NCBI GenBank assembly: GCA_013239625.1
Contig: MU053873.1
Coordinates: 1,812,524-1,876,523 of the forward strand
Length of the DNA: 64,000 nucleotides
Reading direction: 5' to 3'
From: Lama guanicoe
Taxonomy: Eukaryota
Shown here: positions 1 through 13,588 of the stretch, piece after piece
Layout of the letters: every line of letters starts with the position of its first letter
Numbering within the stretch: position 1 is the stretch's first letter
Made by a program: the position numbers and the translations under genes
Notes under the pieces: model-generated
Database searches by the model: none
Told to the model about the DNA's origin: nothing
The model's input: the letters and a program-made list of their open reading frames with translations, nothing else

Positions 1-2414
1 TAAGGACTCACAGCCAGTTGCAGTTGGCCAGCAAGTCTGTGCTGCATTAACAAACAGAGCCAGACTGTCACTTTCAGCATAATGCTATTCTGATAACTCT
101 TAAAAGAGACAAGTGATTTAGTCTTTGGGGATTGTAATGCTCTTTTGAGACTTGAAGCAGTATAAAAATCCATGTTAAATGAAGGTTGACCGTTCAAATT
201 TAGTCTTAGTAAAAACTGAGCAAGTTCCCCTTCCCCGGGCTCATGTTCCTGGCCTTTTAATAGTTGTATTTTGGAAAGCAGGGTACCAGAGAACAATTTT
301 GATGGCAAGTAGTTGTTTTCTAATCAAGAGCACATCCTTACTTTATTCATGGCAGTAAGAACAGCAATGTTAAGGTGATAATTAAAATTGCTATAGAAAT
401 ATAATGGATTTTAAAGACATCCACTAAACTAAATGACAGACCCTTAGAGAAGGCTTAATGTGTTGATGGCAAGTTATTACAGTTAATTTGACAGAAGAAG
501 AGGAGCATAAAAACCTAAACATGCCCAGAGCAGATTTTCCACCAACAGGATTTTACTTGGTAACCAGTCTGTTTATGCTGAAGACAGTCACAGGTCATCG
601 GTAAATGACGTCTAGGTGCTAGTTGCTGCCTGCAGACAGGAGATTACTGCCCCACAGTAACCCCGTGAGTGGTTCTCTATGGGTGTTGGACTGTTTTGGA
701 CTGTCTTGCACATCAATTAAAATGAAGAATGAGTCTGACTTCTATACGAAATGGTTCATAATTATCTTATTTCACATTTGTTCTCCGGGTAGAGTTTGGT
801 TCAAGATTCTCCTGGTTTTAATGGCCATGACTGGAGACTTCTAATACCCAGAAAGTGATAGATGCCACCTACAAATTAAGGAACAAGTTCAGTATGCATG
901 TTCTAAATTTACTCTGATGGATTAAAAAAAATTTCCCCACCCTTTTCCAGATTTTTAGCTGTGAACTGTAGAACTCACCCTGGGTGAGAGGAGAAGCCTT
1001 CCTCTGACATTTAACACTGGCCTTAAAGGAGAGTCATGCTAGAGCGGGCGAGTGGCTGCTTCTAAGGTTGCTGTATCTTCTAAAAGGCTGTCTGGCCCCG
1101 ATAAGTACCAACTTTAGCTGATGATATTTTCAGGGAATAGAGGGGCGTGACGTTGAGACTCGGTTTGCTTTGTCTTTTATTGTCGGTTAATGGTTATTTA
1201 AAAGTCTAGAATAGGTTTAGTTTTTAGAAATAATATGAATTTTACATTTTTCCAGGTTTCAATAATCAGTTTTTTACCCAATTTTGTACAGGGGGAGGGG
1301 GCCGATAAACGATAGCTTGAATGCTGGCTGACAGTGACGCCTTTCTACCCACTTGCCTGTTGGTTGTTAACTTGAGCCAGATGATGGTAGATGCCACTGC
1401 TCCTAGGCTGGGTTACTGTTGAACTGAATTTCAGTAAGTTACCATGATCTCAGAAATAACTAGGGTAACCAAGAATAACTAATTAGACCATCACTTACTG
1501 CTGTGATAGAAAATGGGGAGTAAGCCAACGGCTAGCTGACAGTGCGGCATACAGAAAAACAGGAGCCTGTGGACTGACTTGATCTTAGCAGCATCGCCTG
1601 CAGCTGCTCAGGCCCCGATTGTCAGTACCTGTACCCGCCACGGCACCAAAGAGCCCTGGGGAGGGAAGATGGTTGGAGATTTCTATACTTCTGAAATATG
1701 AGAGTAAGGAAGAAATAACTAAGGTAAAAAGGAAGAAGGAATCCCGTTCTGGACCCATGATTGTAAGACTGCTCCAGTGTAAGTGCTGCCTGGTAGTCCC
1801 ACGCTGCTCCAAAGGCCCTCCGTGTCCCTCAGCAGAAACTCACCTCCCCAGCACAAGTTCCAGAGTGTTTTCACAGCTAAGGGCACAGCCCGTGGTCTCT
1901 TTGAAACTTTCCCTAACTTATCCCACAGTGGTATTTTCCTTCTCAATTACTGCTGTATTTACTGCTTGTCTGCTCCAGACTGGATGAGGGAAAAGAAACT
2001 TTTCCTTGGTGCCAGTCACTATACAAGGTCGTATTTAATCTTCACAACCTTCCTGTGGGGTAAGTACAACTGCTTCATTTTATAGATGAGAAACGTGGCC
2101 AGAGAAACACGGATAATAGTTACAGGAGAAACAGGCGGATGCCTGCCATTTCTGTAAGCCCCTGGTTCAGCGCTAGTCACAGAGGTGTGTAAGGCATGGA
2201 GATGTAGCCGACTCTGGCTCTTGATCCAGAGATCCCAGATCACCAGTCTGCACCTTTATGCCCTGTTGCACCATGGCAGTTGTGCAGCTCTCTGTATTCA
2301 TGGTATTTGCCAGAATTTGATACTTCCTGTTAACACCAGCCATACATTTCCAGTGGCTAGGGGAAAGTGGCACTAAGGGAGATCCATTAAAAATCCATCA
2401 TGAATCTATCACAG

Positions 2415-2580
2415 GTTGTGACTTAAATCACTTAACCCTAACTTGGAGCCTCACTTTCCATGTCTTTAAAATGGGAATATTAGTAACTGCCCCAGAAGGT
2501 GGTTGTGAGGACTAAATGAAGTAGTGAACATTACATTCCCAGCACAGAAGAGGTGCACAATAAGTGGTAGCTTTTATCAT
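2415..2580 (+). mobile_element. MIR SINE
   Basis: tgtgactt..tcacttaacc..gagcctcactttcc..taaaatggg..gttgtgaggactaaatga core. Confidence 0.75.
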
Positions 2581-4820
2581 TGCTCTCATGCTTTTGTCTT
2601 TGAAACTAAAAAGCCTTTATCATCTCTGGGGTTCATGAGATCGATAAACATGCTACCCTGTTTATGACACACTTACTCCTCTTCTCTGTCTGGTATCCAG
2701 CGGTTCCCCTGCTCCTAGTGTCTGGGGATTGTCGAATGCGTCCTGGCTCACCTGGCCTCACCCCTCATGACTTGGATCAGCTGTAAAGCAGAAGCCACAC
2801 AGTTGAGAGAGCTTTTGCCAGCAGGGGATCATGGGGTTGCCAGGGAATTGATTTTCATATTTTCTGTATTTGTTAAGAATACAGACTCTTTTTAGTTATG
2901 ATATGATAATGTACCTTTTATTTCTTAAAACTACAAACCCAGAGATGCAGGCCTTAGTTGTATATGTATTTATTTTCCCTCTAAAAAAAGGATTTTAAAA
3001 ACCTGAGATCATGAAATATGTATATATTTTTGTGAATTATATTTTTAAATTTAGGGTTCAGCACGTGATTAAGTGACTGTGCATAGTAATAGGAGAGTGA
3101 GTTATAATGTGATAAAGATTTTTGCTTCAAGGCAAAATTGTGCCTTTCTCGTGGGTGTAAATGTCTTGCTTCTGTGTATCACCACATGTGCATGTATGTG
3201 TGTCCATGTGTCCATGTTTCGGTTGATTTTGTGTTCTGGGGGTTGTGATGTTGGTATGACTACCAGTACTGGTAGTTTATCAGTATACATGTGGATTCCT
3301 GTGGCTTTTCCAGTTTGCCTCCTCTGATGGTGTGAGTTGTCATTTCAACCAGTTGAAACGCCACCTTTGAAAATTCTGGTGTCATTTTTATCCTATGGCA
3401 GGGTCTCATTTTTTCCTTTATTTGATCCGGACACCTCATGAAGACTTAAGCTTCTATGTCTACATGTATGTGGTAGTTAATAATTAGGCCCGTAAAGATC
3501 TTTGCAAGAGGCTTTGCCAAAACATCTGGCCCTTACAGTGCTTGGCGTGTCCTGGAATATTCCGTAGAGTCTGAACGTTGGGGTGTTAGGGAATCAGGTC
3601 AGATAAAGAAGTTGACCCCGAAATTGTGGTGGCTTTCATGTTACCTTTTTGTACATCTTCATATAAATACACTCTTTCTAATCAGCTCGTGCTGTTTGCT
3701 TCAGTGTCGGTTAACTCCAGTCTAAGCAGAAGCTCCAGCAGTTGGGGTTTGGCCTCTCAGAAGAGTTTGTCAAATCAGTTACCTCCTTGGCCGTGATTAG
3801 ACTCACTTCAGACTCAGCGGAGAGGCCATTCTGGGTCCTCCAGGCAGGTGAGCAGCAGTCGTGTCAGGATCACAGGGAGGCCAATGTCTTCCACCATGCT
3901 ATCAAGACTCCTTTCTCTTCTCCCGTCACACCTGTGAAGAGGTGGCAGCTTTGGTTGTTGATAGCCTAAAGTGAAGATATCACAAGGTTCTTCTCACTGG
4001 GGACGGGAAGCATGGAAGTAGGAGATGAGGGAGAATTTGAAACCCCACTGTGGAAATCTCTGTGAGGCAGAGACTGGCAGGAGAGCAGCCTGGAGAGTCC
4101 TCAGGAGGCTAACGAGCACTGCCGTTTACTGAGAGCCGCCCCGGAGGAAGGCCGAGGACGCGCCCGTGTGTCTTCATCTGGACCTGGCTCCGAGTCCTGG
4201 GAAGGATGTGAAGGCATTTTTAAATAGGCTCCCTCCCTGTAATCTCACATTTGAAGCCCCATAGTGAGTGGCATAAAGAGGCTTGATAATTAGTTTCTGG
4301 TTAGACCACACTGGATTGTGTATACTAAAGCAGACCTTAAAACAGGGCTCTTTTTGTTTTTTTTAGTAAGTACTTGGTTTAGCAACTAGATTTTTAATTC
4401 AGTGTTAAAAACAGGGATTTTACACTTAGTATATATTAATTAGGCAACTCCTAAGAGGATACCAGAAAGGCTGTTCTGTGTCTTCAGGAAGCTAAGTGCC
4501 CCAAGAGTGGTGCATGATTAGTCCTAGCCTCGTCTTGGGCACCGAATGCCTCTGTTCCGGGGCAGAGCCAAAGGGCTCAGACACAGATGGATGGAGTGTC
4601 TTTACTCAGGTTCAAGAAGTGACTTGACAGGATGGGCCTCTTGCAGAGTGTCTTACTGTGGCACTGTCACGGACAAAGCTTTTCTCATGAATTTCACTTG
4701 AAGGGTGAACTTGTGATTTCACTTGTACTTGGTGTCACTCCTGGAGTAATTGGACATGAGCATGAAGCTCATGTCAAAGTTGAGATTAGTAAAATGGGTG
4801 TGAGCTACAAAAAAAAAGTT

Positions 4821-5050
4821 TGGGGTGGGAAGGGATAGACTGGGATTTCAAAATTGTAGAATAGATAAACAAGATTACACTGTATAGCACAGGGAAATAT
4901 ACACAAAATGTTATGATAACTCACAGAGAAAAAAATGTGACAATGAATGTGTATATGTCCATGAATGACTGAAAAATTGTGCTGAACACTGGAATTTGAC
5001 ACAACATTGTAAAATGATTATAAATCAATAAAAAATGTTAAAAAAAAAAA
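4821..5050 (+). mobile_element. Young 5'-truncated L1 3' end (camelid-type L1)
   Basis: L1 3' UTR with AATAAA and A tail. Target-site duplication A(9)GTT on both sides. Near-identical to the reverse copy at 45586-45800. Confidence 0.9.
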
Positions 5051-8000
5051 GTTCGGAGACATGGAAAATGTGGCTGATCATCCCCTCACAGGCAGTAAGC
5101 TGCCCCATCTATTTCTGTGAAATTAGTTTAACCTACGATTAATCTTTTGAACCTTATCCCACATTTGCTTCTTCCATTTAACCGTTAGCATTTGCCCAGC
5201 CAGATAGGAGTCTCCCCCCTCTGAATGCTGCTCAGGTCCTTTGTTGATGACCTGCTTGTGGCACTGGGCATGTCTTGTGTCAGGTGGCAGTTCCCATGTT
5301 CACACTCGTTTCCTTCCCCTGCCTCCTTCGTCCCCCGTTACTCACTGAACTGTCAGCCATAGGCTCTGTGTCTGGCTCCCGTTGGTGTGCAGTGCATAGT
5401 AGGTACTTAGTAAGCATTCCCTGAATTCAAGTTAACTGTCTTAAACCAAATAAAAATCAGTCAGTGTTGGACTAGGCATGTACTTTCAGGGAATCTAATG
5501 TCCAAAATAGGTCTGTCCAAATGGTTACCAAAATCTGAACCAAACCGAGGGAATGGCTGTGAATTGTGGAATCAGGTTTTGCCTGAAATTTCAGTGCACA
5601 TACTTCATATGCATTCTGTAATCTTGTGTTGATGTTTACTGATGGAGGCACTGGCAGCAGCCCCAGCAGTGCATTTATTTTTAACTTTCTTAGTGAAATC
5701 TGGATTGGAAACTTACATTATGAAATCAGCAGCTGAAATTGAGCATCCAGATTGCCTAAAACTGCAACATTTAAATGTAAAGAGAGCATGAGCCTTACAG
5801 AAACTGCTGTGTCCTCGCAGACTATTGAGTCTAGTTAAATGTAGCTTACACCCATTCCGTCTTTATCCCAACACGTTTTAAGTAGGAAGAAGTGTATGTG
5901 GACTTGACATGTAGCATGAGACTGTGAGAGGACTACATTTTTAGAAAATAAGTTTCCAGAATGCCTTTGGGTTTTTTTTTTCTTTCTTTCTCTGTTACAT
6001 TTGTATCTATTTGTTTGTCACAGCTACGAGAAACTAGTTCTTGTGGAAAGCACGGGCTGATTGCTCGCCGTTCCGGTTAAACACGCCGTATTTTGTTTAG
6101 TTACGTTGTGTGGCTTCAGTGTACATTACTCTCCCTTAGGCCTTGTCCGCATACCTCAGAGTAACCTAATATGTGTCTTTAAATTAAAAACATGATTTGA
6201 GTTTAAGGGTTTCATTTTTAGTTAGAAATGTGAAATGTAAGGAATTCAGTGAATACACAAACTATTTAAATACAGCTTTGGAAACATTTCACAACTAGCT
6301 AGAGTTACAGATAAAATTTAAATCATGTGGAGATGAGTGATAATTTGGGGTTTTGTTAGCCCATGACTTTATTTTTTTATAGAACTTCTGATTGTTACTC
6401 TCTTTTGATAACCAACCATTTTTACCGCTTTTAAATTTTCATGCTATAATCTGCATAAAACTTGTGTTTTCATTAGCAAAATAATTTTATTTACTCCCAG
6501 ATTAGGAAGGAGTTAATCCTCACCTGCTTTAGGTCAGGAAATGTTAGGTTTGGGCTGGATTGGAATTATGTGTGAATGATCTGAATTCAGATTTTGGCTT
6601 TATTTACTTTGGATTTATTTTTCCAACTGATGAAAGAATCAGAAAACATTTGTATTCTTTAAGGCCAAAGAGGAAACTTTGCTCTGTGCAAGCACTGAGC
6701 CTCCTGAGGGCTGGGCAGACAAGCTGAAACTCCTTCCGGGTTCTTTGGATTCTAGAACATTGCTCTGAATGTGGGTTCGCAAAGATTTGTTCCCATTGAG
6801 ATTTTTCACATTTTTTTAATGGTTATACATTTTTTCACAAGAATATTTCTGATAACTCTGAAGAGTTGATCGTGTTTTGCTCCACATATATACTTCATTT
6901 TTGCTTTAGAAGTTTAAGATTAGGAAAAATTAAATATGGACTGGACTAAAGTTACAAATTAAAGATCTTAATTGAGCTTTTAGCTTGATTTTGTTTAGCT
7001 TTGATTTACGAAACATCACAAAGAAAAGAGGCAGGAAAATGTTTAGATTGTTTATAGTCAAAGATGAATGATGATTTAAAATAGTACCCAGATAATTCAG
7101 GGCAAAGTAAATCTTTATCCTGAAATACTAAGCTGAGGGCAAAACCATTTTTAGAGTCTCTGTTTTAAGCATATTAGTTTTTTTCTAATTTATAAAATGA
7201 TTCGTATTTATTAAGTTTTGAAAATAAAGAATTGTACACAGAATAAAAAACAAGTCAGTTGCAGTTTCACCGTTTAATTACTACCATTTGTTGTATTTCC
7301 TGATTCATGTAGTTAATTTTGTTGCAAATGTTTATATCATACATAGATACCTATTTATATTCATATTATGCTTTTTTTCCCACATTCTTTGAAAAGATGG
7401 TTTTTGATGGCTTATACGCGTAGTAGCCCATTGCTTTGGAAGGCCTGTGAGGTCTATCTCAGTGAGTGTTGAGTGTAGTTAAGTCCCAAGTTTTTGCTGT
7501 TATAAATAAATCTACAGTGTTGTTACTGTCTCTCCTGATGAACTGAGATGCATTTCTGAAGGTGGTACTGTCAGGTTACAGGGTATATGGTATATATAGA
7601 GTATGAACAGCTTTAAGCCTTTTGAATTACATAGTGTCATTTTCCACCCTAGGAAGATTATGCCAAAGGGATTCTTTTAGCTTTTACTTACCGTAGGTAG
7701 GCAAGTTCACTATTTTCTGTTTCATCTTTAAGTATGGAGACTGTTCAAGCCGTTTTCTTAATTTAGTCACTAGTTTAAAGACTATAGCTCAGGTTAAGAA
7801 GTGAATGGCATAAGTCATTTTTAGAATTGGGTAAGACCTTAAATATCACATACATGTTAGTAAACGCAGCAGGCTGTTTGTTCACTTGTTTGTTTTTTAA
7901 TTGGTTTACATATTCTTCCCTGAACTGTTTTTTTTTTTTTAAATAATTGTCAATTGTGTAGAAAACAAGAAGCAGATTGAGACTGAATATACTTTTTAGA

Positions 8001-9294
8001 TCCGGGGAAGATAGAGGACTATTTTTTGTCCCAACACTTACAGTTTTTAAAACTGAATTCTATAGACCAGTGTTACTTTATAAATTTGCAGTAGCACTTT
8101 AATTGGTTTGAGCAGCCTGCCAGAGTCACTAGAAAGAATGAGAAACAAACCCGGGTAATTGTTGAAGTATGTGTGCTCTGTTCCTGGAGCCCCACTTTGG
8201 TGTAAGCGTATGTGCATTAAATTTAGTTTGCTCTTAATTAGAACCATGCTTCTTCCTGCTGCTTTTAAAAAAATGATGGGAGAATTCTGAAGAGTCGGTG
8301 TTATAGACACACCCAGGTTTTTATTTAGTTTGAGCACAAGGTGCTCGATGATTTGGAGTTTCAGAATGGAGCTCTCAGTAGCCCATAACTAATAGGACCT
8401 TGGAATGTTCCATCTGGAAGGTATCTTAGGGGTAATCAGTGGTGCATCAGAGGTTCTCAGCCAGAGGGAATTTTAGCCTAAGTGGGTGGGCAGGGGAGAG
8501 ATTGTTTTTTAAGCCCAGGTGTATTATAGAATAAAATGCAAAATTATAGGAAGTTTTAAGACAAGCCATTGGATGTCAGGGACAAGTGCTTACCACCTGT
8601 AGCCCTGGGCCAGCCCTTAAGTTCACTCACCCCTGCTTTTAGTAGCACATCTGTGGAGTAGGAAAAGCTCTGATAGAGCCCATCCTTTTCTTTTGCTGAC
8701 AGAGAAGTAAGGCTCAGGGAGGTAAAGGATCCTGCCCACCTTGCGTAGAAAGCTACTTTGCATAATGGGAACTGTGACCAAGTCCCCTTACTCCTGGTTG
8801 AGCGCTGCCACTTGGCAGATGTATCTCGTTTTGAGAGCCATATTCTGTGTTTCATATGAGAGTTTTCAGTGACACTCACTGGGTTAGAGCGCACCTCAGT
8901 ACTGGCTCACTGCTATTGAAAAAGTGGTATGTGAAAGACAGCCTTGTCATCGTTTCAAAAGGCCAGGCACTCAGAAGCTCACTGGGTCCTGTGGAAGGCT
9001 GTTGACCACTCTCACACACCAGAGCCCAGCTTAAGTGCTGGGTCTGCAGGTCAGGAACGGGAGAGAGAGTTGCAGACATGTGATTATAGCCCAGGCTGCA
9101 CGTCGGTAACAGAAGTAGTGTCTCTTCTGGTAGGGACTGTTGACACCAAGGGGTAGTGTTTTTATCATTATTTATATACATAATTACTCCCCTCTACCAG
9201 CCACATGTGTCCTCTGACAACACCTAGCACAGACAGGGATGTAAATGGCGCCCACTCAGTACTTGCTGAATTAAGCTTGTTCATAAAGTATGGG

Positions 9295-9344
9295 GGTGTG
9301 CGTGCACGCATGCGCACGAGCGCGTGCGCACACACACACACACA
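9295..9344. repeat. Alternating purine/pyrimidine (GT/GC/CA) tract
   Basis: gtgtgcgtgcacgcatgcgcacgagcgcgtgcgcacacacacacaca. Confidence 0.9.
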
Positions 9345-10646
9345 TCCATGCTGAACTGTCAAATTGATACTCTGTGTGACGGGAGGGAAGTCGTGGAAAA
9401 ACAGAGCTAAGTTAGCCAAGTTCTTCTGTTGATGTAGAACTCACCTACTAAAGGACAGTTTGCTGTATGTAATGTTTTATTTAAATGCTTCTGGTGTTGC
9501 TTCATTGATTTAACCCATGTACCAGGTCATTATTCAGAAGGTGAAATGTTATTACAGAAGAGATTTTCTGAGAAAAGCTGATCAATCATGCAGTACTCTA
9601 CAGAACTTAGAGTCCTATTAATAATACGAAAATAGAATTTTTTCTTACTTGGTATCATAGAATTCACTTGAAACTGGAACATTATGGAGAATTTGGGGAA
9701 GGAATGTGGTCTGGTTGCTACAGTTGCATAACTGAAGAATAATCTTGAGGTTTTACAATAAGGCCTAGAAACTCATCATTTTTTATATTTACGTGTGGCT
9801 GAATGAAAATAACACTTGCTCACACACAACGAACTTATTGAAAGTGGGGTGTGTGCATGAGTTGAAGCTGACAAGAAGTGACAGTGGCACACAGTGTGAC
9901 TGACACCCGCATTGTAATGTCTTGAGCGCTGTGTGACGCTGACAACAATGGTGAAGAAGGGAAGAGCCCTTGTAAAAGGCTGCTTTATCTTTTCACTCGT
10001 CATTTAGTTTTTATAAAAAGGGGTCCACGTAACTTTCTACTCTTTTGAGAAACGTTACTTAAAAATTGTTTTGCAAATTTAAGGTGGTAGGTACAACTCT
10101 ATGAAAGAAGAGGGGAGGAAGAGGGAATTAATGTATATTAAGCTCTGAGCCCCACCAGCTAAGCATGGAGCATTCTCTGCCTTATTTAGTCCTTACAGCA
10201 GTCCTGAGGCGTAGCTTTCATCTTGGAAATACACCAGAACTGGGGCTGAAAGTTTACAGAATGGCCCTTGCTCTCGACCACACCTGCAGTCCGCCTCTGC
10301 CGCCTGTGATTCTTTGAGACGTACCTGCCTTCCATGCTAGACTAGGGGCTCTGGAAGCTGGTCCACGTTGGCCTCTGCTCACTGCTGGGGGCCCCTCCGA
10401 GGCTGTCTCCTCCACCAGCTCAGGAGTGCGTTGGTCTCCTGCACACACCACCTTGGAAGAACCGTAATGCCAGTGGGTCCATAGTGAAGATGCTGACGTA
10501 GGCCGTGAGCTCCTGATTTGACCCTGCCCCCTCACCCCCACCCCAGATAAACATGCTGGTATACTGTGCTTGCTCGGACAGAAGCCTGCACTGTCTCACA
10601 GAAATCATCAGTACTATAGGTTGCAACCTCACCCCCTGCCCCATCC

Positions 10647-11090
10647 AGTTTTCATTATGAAAAATTTCAAAAGCAGCAAAAAAACCGGAAAGAGTAGAGC
10701 AATGAACACGTCCACCTAGATTCGACAGTTGTTAGCACTTCGCTGTATTTGCTTTTTTCCCTCCTCTTTTCCCTTATCTGCCTTCCCTCCTTCTCTACCC
10801 ATATACTTATTTTATATAGCTTTATATAGTTATATAGTTTTGGCTGAAACTAAAAATTCGGGGTGAATTTTTATACTTGGGACTTAGGGTGACATAATCT
10901 GAGGACCCAAATTCTAATTGCTTTTTTATGCTTCCTTATGAAAGTAAATTGCAAACATTATATTTTGTCTTTTTAGTCCAGATAGTCCCCTACCCGTCTC
11001 CCTTGCTCTTTTTTTTTTTTTTTTTAATTTTAAATATTTCCCCTCTTGTACCATAACTCTTCATTTGATTCCCTGGCTACACCATTTAAA
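10647..11090 (-). mobile_element. Ancient L1ME/L1MC-like 3' fragment, interrupted by a short insertion
   Basis: Antisense motifs ttttcattatgaaaaatttcaaa, cacctagattc and ctgaa...tgaaagtaaattgcaaacat. Confidence 0.6.
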
Positions 11091-11673
11091 CTATGAGGAG
11101 TAATCATTTGTGGAAATTGAAGTCTGGATGTGTGGGATTTACCCTCGAATACTTGATAATTTTAGATTATCTTGCTGCTGCCTCCCCTTCACGTCCCCCC
11201 TCGGTTGAGAACACCTCTGTTAATAACCGGGGCCACTCCGCTTGCCAGTGCTGGAACACGCAGAAGACGACTAAGCATCCGCGTGGTTTCTTAATTGGGC
11301 CCCACCACGTCCACAGTGGGAATGCGGTAATGGCATTAGGAGAACCCTCACATATTAAAGGCTCACTATTGATATGATGTGAATAGAATTTGGTATTTAA
11401 TGTGAAATCTGAATAGTGTAATTTGAGGCAGAGCACTGCGCCTATTAAACTGTGGAGCCAGGAAGTAACTCGGTCTGTGGAAGGAGGGTTTGCAGCAGGG
11501 GAATACGGCTGCTTTTGCTAAAATGATTTCGATGTTCCAAATACCTGAATTAAACACATATGAGATTGTAATTTTCTTCATGTATGTCTGTGATGTCGTT
11601 ACACAACAGTCAGTTTTAATCAAAACATAAATATTTAAGTCACGATTTCTCATTTTCAATTTTCCCCATCTAG

Positions 11674-11784
11674 AAGGAGCTGGCAAACAACCCTGACTGT
11701 CCTCAGATGTGTGCCTATAAGCTGGTGACCATCAAATTCAAGTGGTGGGGATTGCAAAGCAAAGTAGAAAACTTCATTCAGAAG
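11674..11784 (+). CDS. PITPNB: PITPNB internal coding exon (111 nt, phase 0/0)
   Basis: Translates [37 protein letters not shown], which I recognise as class I PITP beta. Flanked by pyrimidine tract + TAG acceptor and GTAAAA donor. Confidence 0.97.
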
Positions 11785-12888
11785 GTAAAATCTGTTCAAA
11801 ATGCAGGGACTTAAATTTAGGTTAAGATTTGAGGTAGCTATTAATGGAATATTTTTTCCTGTCGCTTTTTTCTTCTCATTTTAGAAGGTGAAATTACTGT
11901 CCCAGTATAATTCCTCTCTGCCCTTTTTTTTCCTCCAACAAACAGCAAAGACACGTGCCAGCAGAGGTTTTAAGGGGTTTTCTTTGGGGAAGAGCATAGC
12001 AGTTTTTTGTACACAGTGCTTTCCTGGTGGTTTGCTCAGCTCTTCTGTAGAGAGCCCTTTCCAGATGCACCGTGTCCCCAAGGGGACCTGAGGTCCCAGC
12101 TTTGGCTGGAGGGAGAGGCCAGGCCTTGGCTGTTGAGGGCTCCTCTGTCCCAGCTCGGCTGGAGACCCCCTCACCCCCTCCACTCAGGTCTCTCCTGGCA
12201 CACACATTGTGTATTGTGTACTTTCTGTGGGATGTCTTCTTTAGAGGTCCTCACTGAGAACAGTTTCCTAGGGTGACATAATCTGAGGATCCAGATTCTA
12301 ATTACCTTTTTATGTCTTTATTCAAGTGGGAGTAACACGAGCATTTTGATTTAGAAAGAAAGAAAGAATTGTGGTCTCACAGATACACATCCGTGGTTGT
12401 AAACAAATGGGGAGTGTGGAAAGTGTCCTGGGTATTTAACTTTCCTCTAGGGCGAATATTCACTCCATTATCCTTATAAAGGACCCCGTTGATGTATCTC
12501 TGAACTTCCCACAACTAGTTGTATCTGAGTTTCACTTTAACTTTTCTACTTTTAAACTGTAATTGCTCTTTTTTTTAAAGGATCTTAAAGTGCTGGAAAC
12601 GTTCATTACTCTTGGGCCTGCTTGCAGTTGGCCACAGTAGGCACTCTGTAAATATTGGCTTCCTTTCTGCCTCTTGGATCACAATAATAGATTAACAATC
12701 CAGTTCTGATAAATAGAAGTCATACATGTAATTGATGAAGTCCCTTATGTTCATGGAAAAAAATTTTTAAGTTGAAGACTGTCCAAAAAGTAAAGTACTC
12801 ACTGTCCGTTGGACTTCTCTGTCTTCTTGGGAAAGTGTAGTAAAACTTAAATAACCCAGCAGCTAAAGCCACTAATTAAATACATGGC

Positions 12889-12938
12889 TGTGTGTTTGTG
12901 TGTGTGTGTGTGATGTATACACATACACACACACACAT
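12889..12938. repeat. (TG)n followed by (CA)n
   Basis: tgtgtgtttgtgtgtgtgtgtgtg atgtat acacatacacacacacacat. Confidence 0.9.
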
Positions 12939-13465
12939 AAATACGCACCTAGTAAACATTAGAGCATAAAAATGAATGGAGAGTATGTAATAACCCTTAA
13001 TTTAGTAAAACATCTTATTCCAAAGAACCCAGGGCTCTTCTTTCAGTACATGTTGTAGTCTGCCTCACGGTATTTCTTTGACTGGCAGAGAAGTTAAGGG
13101 TGGCAGTGTGTGGTTTTATAGCAGAAGAAATCGGGGTGACCTTTGGTCACGGACACAGAGGAAGGTGAAAGTTGGTCGGGTCCAGCAGCAGTTCATGCTG
13201 GATCAGAACATGGCCATCACGGTGTTTTCAGTTTCTGATAAATCATGCTGCCTTTGTGAGGAAGGAGGATTGTTCCACATTTCACAGGGAGATTTTTCTT
13301 TTATTTCAGAAAATGTTAATAGGATGGAATTAAGATTTTCACTAATTGTAATAGTGGTGTTTTCAAAACAAGTCTATGTAGATTTCATGGGTGAATATAA
13401 GGTTAATATGCCATTAATGTTAGAGTTTTTCCATCTTATACTACTTTTCTTCTTTGTTTTAAAAG

Positions 13466-13588
13466 CAAGAAAAAAGGATATTTACAAACTTTCATCGCCA
13501 ACTTTTTTGTTGGATTGACAAGTGGATTGATCTGACGATGGAAGACATTAGGAGAATGGAAGATGAAACTCAGAAAGAACTAGAAACA
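13466..13588 (+). CDS. PITPNB: PITPNB internal coding exon (123 nt, phase 0/0)
   Basis: Translates [41 protein letters not shown]. Acceptor ttttaaaag, donor GTAAGA. In frame with the previous exon. Confidence 0.97.

Noticed and set aside
1..11673. Additional upstream PITPNB exons (for example the DYKADEDP...RGPLGPNWK exon)
   Set aside because: Not found by eye in this interval; presumably upstream of the window.
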